Below, one piece after another: positions 40,801 through 53,879 of a stretch of 64,000 nucleotides of DNA. Made by a program: the position numbers and the translations under genes. The notes below the pieces were generated by a model, which was not told where the DNA came from, searched no databases, and saw nothing but the letters and a program-made list of their open reading frames with translations. Within the stretch, counting starts at the first letter, position 1. Each line of letters begins with the position of its first letter. Source of the DNA: the human T2T-CHM13v2.0 reference genome, Homo sapiens; NCBI RefSeq assembly GCF_009914755.1, contig NC_060939.1, one strand, 5' to 3'.

Positions 40801-43800
40801 ATTCCATTCCATTCCATTCAGTTCCATTCCATTCTGTTCCATTCCATTCCGTTCCATTACATTCCATTCCATTCGGTACCATTCCATATTGTTCCATTCG
40901 ATTCCATTCGAATCCATTCCATTCCAGTCCATTCCATTCGATTCCATTCCATTCATTTCAATTCCATTCCATTCCATTCCATTACATTCCACTTGATTCC
41001 TCTCCATTCCCTTCCACTGCATTCCGTTCGATTCCATTCCATTGCATTGCATTCCATTCCATTGGATTGCATTCCATTCGATTCCATTCCATTCGAATCA
41101 ATTACATAGCAATCCATTACATTCGAGTCTATTCTATTCCGTTCCATTCGATTTCGTTCCAATCCATTCGATTCCATTCCATTCGATTCCATTCCATACT
41201 ATTGCATTCCATTCGATTACATTATATTCGAATAAGTTCCATTCAAGACCATTTCTTTTGAGTCCATTCTATTTGAGTCCATTCCCTTTGATTCCATAAC
41301 ATTTGAGTCCATTCAATTCCATTCCTTTCGTTTCCATTCCATTTGATGCCATTCCATTCAATTCTGTTCTACTCGACTCCAATACATTCAATTCCATTCC
41401 ATCCGATTCCATTACATTCTTTTCATTTCTTATCCATTTCAAGCCATTCCACTCCATTCCATTCCACTCGTTTCCTTTCCATTCGAGTCCATTCCTCTCC
41501 AGTCCATTCCGTTCAATCCATTCCATTCCAGTCCATTCCATTCGAGTCCGTTCCATTCCAGTCCATTCCATTCGAGTCAATTCCATCCCATTCGATGTCT
41601 TTCCATAACGATCCATTCCATTCTATTCCTTTCCATTCCATTCCATTCTATTTCATTCCATTCGATTCCCTTCCATTGGACTCCTTTCCATTCGAGTGCA
41701 TTCCATTCCGTTCCATTTCTTTCCGTTCTGTACGATTCCTACCGTTCGATTTCATTTTGTTCCAGTCCATTCCTTTCGCGTCCATTCCATTCCATTTCAC
41801 TCCATTCGATTCCATTCCACTCGATTCCACTTCGTTCCATTTCATTGCATTCCATTCTATTCAACTCTATTGCCTTCCATTCCATTCCATTCGATTACAT
41901 TCCATGCGATTCCATTCGAAATCGAATCAATTACATTGCAATCCATTACTATTGAGTCCATTTTATTCCAGTCCACTGCATTCTGGTCCATTCCATTTGA
42001 TTCCATTCCATTCTATTCCATTCCATACAGTTGCATTCCGTTGGATTCCATTCTATATCCATAAATTCAATTCGAGACCATTGCTTTTGAGTCCATTCTA
42101 TATGATTCCATTCCATTCAAGTCCATTACATTTGGTTCAATTCCATTCCGTTCCATTCCCTTCCATTCCATTCCAGTTGATATCAATCCATTCGAATCCA
42201 TTCCATTCGAGCACATTCCATTCGAGTCCATTCCATTCGATGCCATTCCATTTGATTCTATTCCATTAGTCTCCATTCAATTCCATTAATCTCCATTCCA
42301 TTCCATTCTACTCCAACTGATTCCATTCCATTCTATTCCTTTCCATTCCATTTCATTCCATTCCATTCCATTTCATTCCATTCCATTCCATTCGTGTCCA
42401 TTCCACTCCAGTCCATTCCATTCGTGTCCATTCCATTCCAGTCCATTCCAGTTGTGTCCACTGCATTCCATTCCACTCCATTCCATATTATTCCATTACA
42501 CTCCATTCCATTCTATTACTTTCATTTCCCTTCAATTCCATTCCATTTGATTCCATTCCACTCGGTTTCATTCCATTTGAGTCCACTCCATTCCATTCCA
42601 TTCCATTCCATTCAGTTCCATTCCATTCTGTTCCATTCCATTCCGTTCCATTACATTCCATTCCATTCGGTACCATTCCATATTTTTCCATTCGATTCCA
42701 TTCGAATCCATTCCATTCCAGTCCATTCCATTCGATTCCATTCCATTCATTTCAATTCCATTCCATTCCATTCCATTACATTCCACTTGATTCCTCTCCA
42801 TTCCCTTCCACTGCATTCCGTTCGATTCCATTCCATTGCATTGCATTCCATTCCATTGGATTGCATTCCATTCGATTCCATTCCATTCGAATCAATTACA
42901 TAGCAATCCATTACATTCGAGTCTATTCTATTCCATTCCATTCGATTTCGTTCCAATCCATTCGATTCCATTCCATTCGATTCCATTCCATACTATTACA
43001 TTCCATTCGATTACATTATATTCGAATAAGTTCCATTCAAGACCATTTCTTTTGAGTCCATTCTATTTGAGTCCATTCCCTTTGATTCCATAACATTTGA
43101 GTCCATTCAATTCCATTCCTTTCGTTTCCATTCCATTTGATGCCATTCCATTCAATTCTGTTCTACTCGACTCCAATACATTCAATTCCATTCCATCCGA
43201 TTCCATTACATTCTTTTCATTTCTTATCCATTTCAAGCCATTCCACTCCATTCCATTCCACTCGTTTCCTTTCCATTCGAGTCCATTCCTCTCCAGTCCA
43301 TTCCGTTCAATCCATTCCATTCCAGTCCATTCCATTCGAGTCCGTTCCATTCCAGTCCATTCCATTCGAGTCAATTCCATCCCATTCGATGTCTTTCCAT
43401 AACGATCCATTCCATTCTATTCCTTTCGATTCCATTCCATTCTATTTCATTCCATTCGATTCCCTTCCATTGGACTCCTTTCCATTCGAGTGCATTCCAT
43501 TCCGTTCCATTTCTTTCCGTTCTGTACGATTCCTACCGTTCGATTTCATTTTGTTCCAGTCCATTCCTTTCGCGTCCATTCCATTCCATTTCACTCCATT
43601 CGATTCCATTCCACTCGATTCCACTTCGTTCCATTTCATTGCATTCCATTCTATTCAACTCTATTGCCTTCCATTCCATTCCATTCGATTACATTCCATG
43701 CGATTCCATTCGAAATCGAATCAATTACATTGCAATCCATTACTATTGAGTCCATTTTATTCCAGTCCACTGCATTCTGGTCCATTCCATTTGATTCCAT

Positions 43801-46800
43801 TCCATTCTATTCCATTCCATACAGTTGCATTCCATTGAACTCCATTGTATATCTATAAATTCAATTCGAGACCATTGCTTTTGAGTCCATTCTATATGAT
43901 TCCATTCCATTCAAGTCCATTACATTTGGTTCAATTCCATTCCATTCCATTCCCTTCCATTCCATTCCAGTTGATATCAATCCATTCGATTCCATTCCAT
44001 TCGAGCACATTCCATTCGAGTCCATTCCATTCGATGCCATTCCATTTGATTCTATTCCATTAGTCTCCATTCAATTCCATTAATCTCCATTCCATTCCAT
44101 TCTACTCCAACTGATTCCATTCCATTCTATTACTTTCCATTCCATTTCATTCCATTCCATTCCATTTCATTCCATTCCATTCCATTCCATTCCATTCGCT
44201 TCCATTCCATTCGTGTCCATTGCATTCCAGTCCATTCCATTTGTGTCCACTGCATTCCATTCCACTCCATTCCATATTATTCCATTACACTCCATTCCAT
44301 TCTATTACTTTCATTTCCATTGAATTCCATTCCATTTGATTCCATTCCACTCGGTTTCATTCCATTTGAGTCCACTCCACTCCATTCCATTCCATTCCAT
44401 TCCATTCCATTCAGTTCCATTCCATTCTGTTCCATTCCATTCCGTTCCATTGCATTCCATTCCATTCGGTACCATTCCATATTGTTCCATTCGATTCCAT
44501 TCGAATCCATTCCATTCCAGTCCATTCCATTCGATTCCATTCCATTCCTTTCAATTCCATTCCATTCCATTCCATTCCACTTGATTCCACTCCATTCCCT
44601 TCCACTGCATTCCATTGCATTGCATTCCATTCCATTGGACTGCATTCCATTCGATTCCATTCCATTCGAATCAATTACATAGCAATCCATTACATTCGAG
44701 TCTATTCTATTCCGTTCCATTCGATTTCGTTCCAAACCATTCGATTCCATTCCATTCGATTCCATTCCATACTATTGCATTCCATTCTATTACATTATAT
44801 TCGAATAAGTTCCATTCAAGACCATTTCTTTTGAGTCCATTCTATTTGAGTCCATTCCCTTTGATTCCATAACATTTGAGTCCATTCAATTCCATTCCTT
44901 TCGTTTCCATTCCATTTGATGCCATTCCATTCAATTCTGTTCTACTCGACTCCAATACATTCAATTCCATTCCATCCGATTCCATTACATTCTTTTCATT
45001 TCTTATCCATTTCAAGCCATTCCACTCCATTCCATTCCACTCGTTTCCTTTCCATTCGAGTCCATTCCTCTCCAGTCCATTCCGTTCAATCCATTCCATT
45101 CCAGTCCATTCCATTCGAGTCCGTTCCATTCCAGTCCATTCTATTCGAGTCAATTCCATTCCATTCGATGTCTTTCCATAACGATCCATTCCATTCTATT
45201 CCTTTCGATTCCATTCCATTCTATTTCATTCCATTCGATTCCCTTCCATTGGACTCCTTTCCATTCGAGTGCATTCCATTCCGTTCCATTTCTTTCCGTT
45301 CTGTACGATTCCTACCGTTCGATTTCATTTTGTTCCAGTCCATTCTTTCGCGTCCATTCCATTCCATTTCACTCCATTCGATTCCATTCCACTCGATTCC
45401 ACTTCGTTCCATTTCATTGCATTCCATTCTATTCAACTCTATTGCCTTCCATTCCATTCCATTCGATTACATTCCATGCGATTCCATTCGAAATCAAATC
45501 AATTACATTGCAATCCATTACTATTGAGTCCGTTTTATTCCAGTCCACTGCATTCTGGTCCATTCCATTTGATTCCATTCCATTCTATTCCATTCCATAC
45601 AGTTGCATTCCATTGGATTCCATGCTATATCTATAAATTCAATTCGAGACCATTGCTTTTGAGTCCATTCTATATGATTCCATTCCATTCAAGTCCATTA
45701 CATTTGGTTAAATTCCATTCCATTCGGTTCAATTCCATTCCATTCCATTCCCTTCCATTCCATTCCAGTTGATATCAATCCATTCGATTCCATTCCATTC
45801 GAGCACATTCCATTCGAGTCCATTCCATTCGATGCCATTCCATTTGATTCTATTCCATTAGTCTCCATTCAATTCCATTAATCTCCATTCCATTCCATTC
45901 TACTCCAAATGATTCCATTCCATTCTATTCCTTTCCATTCCATTTCATTCCATTCCATTCCATTCCATTCCATTCCATTCCATTCCATTCGTGTCCATTC
46001 CAATCCAGTCCATTCCATTCGTATCCATTCCATTCCAGTCCATTCCATTTGTGTCCACTGCATTCCATTCCACTCCATTCCATATTATTCCATTACACTC
46101 CATTCCATTCTATTACTTTCATTTCCATTCAATTAAATTCCATTTGATTCCATTCCACTCGGTTTCATTCCATTTGAGTCCACTCCATTCCATTCCATTC
46201 CATTCAGTTCCATTCCATTCTGTTCCATTCCATTCCGTTCCATTACATTCCATTCCATTCGGTACCATCCCATATTGTTCCATTCGATTCCATTCGAATC
46301 CATTCCATTCCAGTCCATTCCATTCGATTCCATTCCATTCATTTCAATTCCATTCCATTCCATTCCATTACATTCCACTTGATTCCTCTCCATTCCCTTC
46401 CACTGCATTCCGTTCGATTCCATTCCATTGCATTGCATTCAATTCCATTGGATTGCATTCCATTCGATTCCATTCCATTCGAATCAATTACATAGCAATC
46501 CATTACATTCGAGTCTATTCTCTTCCGTTCCATTCGATTTCGTTCCAATCCATTCGATTCCATTCCATTCGATTCCATTCCATACTGTTGCATTCCATTC
46601 GATTACATTATATTCGAATAAGTTCCATTCAAGACCATTTCTTTTGAGTCCATTCTATTTGAGTCCATTCCCTTTGATTCCATAACATTTGAGTCCATTC
46701 AATTCCATTCCTTTCGTTTCCATTCCATTTGATGCCATTCCATTCAATTCTGTTCTACTCGACTCCAATACATTCAATTCCATTCCATCCGATTCCATTA

Positions 46801-49800
46801 CATTCTTTTCATTTCTTATCCATTTCAAGCCATTCCACTCCATTCCATTCCACTCGTTTCCTTTCCATTCGAGTCCATTCCTCTCCAGTCCATTCCGTTC
46901 AATCCATTCCATTCCAGTCCATTCCATTCGAGTCCGTTCCATTCCAGTCCATTCCATACGAGTCAATTCCATCCCATTCGATGTCTTTCCATAACGATCC
47001 ATTCCATTCTATTCCTTTCGATTCCATTCCATTCTATTTCATTCCATTCGATTCCCTTCCATTGGACTCCTTTCCATTCGAGTGCATTCCATTCCGTTCC
47101 ATTTCTTTCCGTTCTGTACGATTCCTACCGTTCGATTTCATTTTGTTCCAGTCCATTCCTTTCGCGTCCATTCCATTCCATTTCACTCCATTCGATTCCA
47201 TTCCACTCGATTCCACTTCGTTCCATTTCATTGCATTCCATTCTATTCAACTCTATTGCCTTCCATTCCATTCCATTCGATTACATTCCATGCGATTCCA
47301 TTCGAAATCGAATCAATTACATTGCAATCCATTACTATTGAGTCCATTTTATTCCAGTCCACTGCATTCTGGTCCATTCCATTTGATTCCATTCCATTCT
47401 ATTCCATTCCATACAGTTGCATTCAATTGAACTCCATTGTATATCTATAAATTCAATTCGAGACCATTGCTTTTGAGTCCATTCTATATGATTCCATTCC
47501 ATTCAAGTCCATTACATTTGGTTCAATTCCATTCCATTCCATTCCCTTCCATTCCATTCCAGTTGATATCAATCCATTCGATTCCATTCCATTCGAGCAC
47601 ATTCCATTCGAGTCCATTCCATTCGATGCCATTCCATTTGATTCTATTCCATTAGTCTCCATTCAATTCCATTAATCTCCATTCCATTCCATTCTACTCC
47701 AACTGATTCCATTCCATTCTATTACTTTCCATTCCATTTCATTCCATTCCATTCCATTTCATTCCATTCCATTCCATTCCATTCCATTCGCTTCCATTCC
47801 ATTCGTGTCCATTGCATTCCAGTCCATTCCATTTGTGTCCACTGCATTCCATTCCACTCCATTCCATATTATTCCATTACACTCCATTCCATTCTATTAC
47901 TTTCATTTCCATTCAATTCCATTCCATTTGATTCCATTCCACTCGGTTTCATTCCATTTGAGTCCACTCCACTCCATTCCATTCCATTCCATTCCATTCC
48001 GTTCCATTCCATTCTGTTCCATTCCATTCCGTTACATTGCATTCCATTCCATTCGGTACCATTCCATATTGTTCCATTCGATTCCATTCGAATCCATTCC
48101 ATTCCAGTCCATTCCATTCGATTCCATTTTATTCCTTTCAATTCCATTCCATTCCATTCCATTCCACTTGATTCCACTCCATTCCCTTCCACTGCATTCC
48201 ATTGCATTGCATTCCATTCCATTGGACTGCATTCCATTCGATTCCATTCCATTCGAATCAATTACATAGCAATCCATTACATTCGAGTCTATTCTATTCC
48301 GTTCCATTCGATTTCATTCCAATCCATTCGATTCCATTCCATTCGATTCCATTCCATACTATTGCATTCCATTCGATTACATTATATTCGAATAAGTTCC
48401 ATTCAAGACCATTTCTTTTGAGTCCATTCTATTTGAGTCCATTCCCTTTGATTCCATAACATTTGAGTCCATTCAATTCCATTCCTTTCGTTTCCATTCC
48501 ATTTGATGCCATTCCATTCAATTCTGTTCTACTCGACTCCAATACATTCAATTCCATTCCATCCGATTCCATTACATTCTTTTCATTTCTTATCCATTTC
48601 AAGCCATTCCACTCCATTCCATTCCACTCGTTTCCTTTCCATTCGAGTCCATTCCTCTCCAGTCCATTCCGTTCAATCCATTCCATTCCAGTCCATTCCA
48701 TTCGAGTCCGTTCCATTCCAGTCCATTCCATTCGAGTCAATTCCATTCCATTCGATGTCTTTCCATAACGATCCATGCCATTCTATTCCTTTCGATTCCA
48801 TTCCATTCTATTTCATTCCATTCGATTCCCTTCCATTGGACTCCTTTCCATTCGAGTGCATTCCATTCCGTTCCATTTCTTTCCGTTCTGTACGATTCCT
48901 ACCGTTCGATTTCATTTTGTTCCAGTCCATTCCTTTCGCGTCCATTCCATTCCATTTCACTCCATTCGATTCCATTCCACTCGATTCCACTTCGTTCCAT
49001 TTCATTGCATTCCATTCTATTCAACTCTATTGCCTTCCATTCCATTCCATTCGATTACATTCCATGCGATTCCATTCGAAATCAAATCAATTACATTGCA
49101 ATCCATTACTATTGAGTCCGTTTAATTCCAGTCCACTGCATTCTGGTCCATTCCATTTGATTCCATTCCATTCTATTCCATTCCATACAGTTGCATTCCA
49201 TTGGATTCCATGCTATATCTATAAATTCAATTCGAGACCATTGCTTTTGAGTCCATTCTATATGATTCCATTCCATTCAAGTCCATTACATTTGGTTAAA
49301 TTCCATTCCATTCGGTTCAATTCCATTCCATTCCATTCCCTTCCATTCCATTCCAGTTGATATCAATACATTCGATTCCATTCCATTCGAGCACATTCCA
49401 TTCGAGTCCATTCCATTCGATGCCATTCCATTTGATTCTATTCCATTAGTCTCCATTCAATTCCATTAATCTCCATTCCATTCCATTCTACTCCAACTGA
49501 TTCCATTCCATTCTATTCCTTTCCATTCCATTCCATTCCATTCCATTCCATTCCATTCCATTCCATTCGTGTCCATTCCACTCCAGTCCATTCCATTCGT
49601 ATCCATTCCATTCCAGTCCATTCCATTTGTGTCCACTGCATTCCATTCCACTCCATTCCATATTATTCCATTACACTCCATTCCATTCTATTACTTTCAT
49701 TTCCATTCAATTCCATTCCATTTGATTCCATTCCACTCGGTTTCATTCCATTTGAGTCCACTCCATTCCATTCCATTCCATTCAGTTCCATTCCATTCTG

Positions 49801-52800
49801 TTCCATTCCATTCCGTTCCATTACATTCCATTCCATTCGGTACCATTCCATATTGTTCCATTCGATTCCATTCGAATCCATTCCATTCCAGTCCATTCCA
49901 TTCGATTCCATTCCATTCATTTCAATTCCATTCCATTCCATTCCATTACATTCCACTTGATTCCTCTCCATTCCCTTCCACTGCATTCCGTTCGATTCCA
50001 TTCCATTGCATTGCATTCCATTCCATTGGATTGCATTCCATTCGATTCCATTCCATTCGAATCAATTACATAGCAATCCATTACATTCGAGTCTATTCTC
50101 TTCCGTTCCATTCGATTTCGTTCCAATCCATTCGATTCCATTCCATTCGATTCCATTCCATACTATTGCATTCCATTCGATTACATTATATTCGAATAAG
50201 TTCCATTCAAGACCATTTCTTTTGAGTCCATTCTATTTGAGTCCATTCCCTTTGATTCCATAACATTTGAGTCCATTCAATTCCATTCCTTTCGTTTCCA
50301 TTCCATTTGATGCCATTCCATTCAATTCTGTTCTACTCGACTCCAATACATTCAATTCCATTCCATCCGATTCCATTACATTCTTTTCATTTCTTATCCA
50401 TTTCAAGCCATTCCACTCCATTCCATTCCACTCGTTTCCTTTCCATTCGAGTCCATTCCTCTCCAGTCCATTCCGTTCAATCCATTCCATTCCAGTCCAT
50501 TCCATTCGAGTCCGTTCCATTCCAGTCCATTCCATTCGAGTCAATTCCATTCCATTCGATGTCTTTCCATAACGATCCATTCCATTCTATTCCTTTCGAT
50601 TCCATTCCATTCTATTTCATTCCATTCGATTCCCTTCCATTGGACTCCTTTCCATTCGAGTGCATTCCATTCCGTTCCATTTCTTTCCGTTCTGTACGAT
50701 TCCTACCGTTCGATTTCATTTTGTTCCAGTCCATTCTTTCGCGTCCATTCCATTCCATTTCACTCCATTCGATTCCATTCCACTCGATTCCACTTCGTTC
50801 CATTTCATTGCATTCCATTCTATTCAACTCTATTGCCTTCCATTCCATTCCATTCGATTACATTCCATGCGATTCCATTCGAAATCGAATCAATTACATT
50901 GCAATCCATTACTATTGAGTCCGTTTTATTCCAGTCCACTGCATTCTGGTCCATTCCATTTGATTCCATTCCATTCTATTCCATTCCATACAGTTGCATT
51001 CCATTGGATTCCATGCTATATCTATAAATTCAATTCGAGACCATTGCTTTTGAGTCCATTATATATGATTTCATTCCATTCAAGTCCATTACATTTGGTT
51101 AAATTCCATTCCATTCGGTTCAATTCCATTCCATTCCATTCCCTTCCATTCCATTCCAGTTGATATCAATACATTCGATTCCATTCCATTCGAGCACATT
51201 CCATTCGAGTCCATTCCATTCGATGCCATTCCATTTGATTCTATTCCATTAGTCTCCACTCAATTCCATTAATCTCCATTCCATTCCATTCTACTCCAAC
51301 TGATTCCATTCCATTCTATTCCTTTCCATTCCATTTCATTCCATTCCATTCCATTCCATTCCATTCCATTCCATTCCATTCGTGTCCATTCCACTCCAGT
51401 CCATTCCATTCGTATCCATTCCATTCCAGTCCATTCCATTTGTGTCCACTGCATTCCATTCCACTCCATTCCATATTATTCCATTACACTCCATTCCATT
51501 CTATTACTTTCATTTCCATTCAATTCCATTCCATTTGATTCCATTCCACTCGGTTTCATTCCATTTGAGTCCACTCCATTCCATTCCATTCCATTCAGTT
51601 CCATTCCATTCTGTTCCATTCCATTCCGTTCCGTTGCATTCCATTCCATTCGGTACCATTCCATATTGTTCCATTCGATTCCATTCGAATCCATTCCATT
51701 CCAGTCCATTCCATTCGATTCCATTCCATTCATTTCAATTCCATTCCATTCCATTCCATTACATTCCACTTGATTCCTCTCCATTCCCTTCCACTGCATT
51801 CCGTTCGATTCCATTCCATTGCATTGCATTCCATTCCATTGGATTGCATTCCATTCGATTCCATTCCATTCGAATCAATTACATAGCAATCCATTACATT
51901 CGAGTCTATTCTCTTCCGTTCCATTCGATTTCGTTCCAATCCATTCGATTCCATTCCATTCGATTCCATTCCATAGTATTGCATTCCATTCGATTACATT
52001 ATATTCGAATAAGTTCCATTCAAGACCATTTCTTTTGAGTCCATTCTATTTGAGTCCATTCCCTTTGATTCCATAACATTTGAGTCCATTCAATTCCATT
52101 CCTTTCGTTTCCATTCCATTTGATGCCATTCCATTCAATTCTGTTCTACTCGACTCCAATACATTCAATTCCATTCCATCCGATTCCATTACATTCTTTT
52201 CATTTCTTATCCATTTCAAGCCATTCCACTCCATTCCATTCCACTCGTTTCCTTTCCATTCGAGTCCATTCCTCTCCAGTCCTTTCCGTTCAATCCATTC
52301 CATTCCAGTCCATTCCATTCGAGTCCGTTCCATTCCAGTCCATTCCATTCGAGTCAATTCCATTCCATTCGATGTCTTTCCATAACGATCCATTCCATTC
52401 TATTCCTTTCGATTCCATTCCATTCTATTTCATTCCATTCGATTCCCTTCAATTGGACTCCTTTCCATTCGAGTGCATTCCATTCCGTTCCATTTCTTTC
52501 CGTTCTGTACGATTCCTACCGTTCGATTTCATTTTGTTCCAGTCCATTCTTTCGCGTCCATTCCATTCCATTTCACTCCATTCGATTCCATTCCACTCGA
52601 TTCCACTTCGTTCCATTTCATTGCATTCCATTCTATTCAACTCTATTGCCTTCCATTCCATTCCATTCGATTACATTCCATGCGATTCCATTCGAAATCG
52701 AATCAATTACATTGCAATCCATTACTATTGAGTCCGTTTTATTCCAGTCCACTGCATTCTGGTCCATTCCATTTGATTCCATTCCATTCTATTCCATTCC

Positions 52801-53879
52801 ATACAGTTGCATTCCATTGGATTCCATGCTATATCTATAAATTCAATTCGAGACCATTGCTTTTGAGTCCATTCTATATGATTCCATTCCATTCAAGTCC
52901 ATTACATTTGGTTAAATTCCATTCCATTCGGTTCAATTCCATTCCATTCCATTCCCTTCCATTCCATTCCAGTTGATATCAATCCATTCGATTCCATTCC
53001 ATTCGAGCACATTCCATTCGAGTCCATTCCATTCGATGCCATTCCATTTGATTCTATTCCATTAGTCTCCATTCAATTCCATTAATCTCCATTCCATTCC
53101 ATTCTACTCCAACTGATTCCATTCCATTCTATTCCTTTCCATTCCATTTCATTCCATCCCATTCCATTCCATTCCTTTCCATTCCATTCGTGTCCATTCC
53201 ACTCCAGTCCATTCCATTCGTATCCATTCCATTCCAGTCCATTCCATTTGTGTCCACTGCATTCCATTCCACTCCATTCCATATTATTCCATTACACTCC
53301 ATTCCATTCTATTAATTTCATTTCCATTCAATTCCATTCCATTTGATTCCATTCCACTCGGTTTCATTCCATTTGAGTCCACTCCATTCCATTCCATTCC
53401 ATTCAGTTCCATTCCATTCTGTTCCATTCCATTCCGTTCCATTACATTCCATTCCATTCGGTACCATTCCATATTGTTCCATTCGATTCCATTCGAATCC
53501 ATTCCATTCCAGTCCATTCCATTCGATTCCATTCCATTCATTTCAATTCCATTCCATTCCATTCCATTTCATTCCACTTGATTCCTCTCCATTCCCTTCC
53601 ACTGCATTCCGTTCGATTCCATTCCATTGCATTGCATTCCATTCCATTGGATTGCATTCCATTCGATTCCATTCCATTCGAATCAATTACATAGCAATCC
53701 ATTACATTCGAGTCTATTCTCTTCCGTTCCATTCGATTTCGTTCCAATCCATTCGATTCCATTCCATTCGATTCCATTCCATACTATTGCATTCCATTCG
53801 ATTACATTATATTCGAATAAGTTCCATTCAAGACCATTTCTTTTGAGTCCATTCTATTTGAGTCCATTCCCTTTGATTC

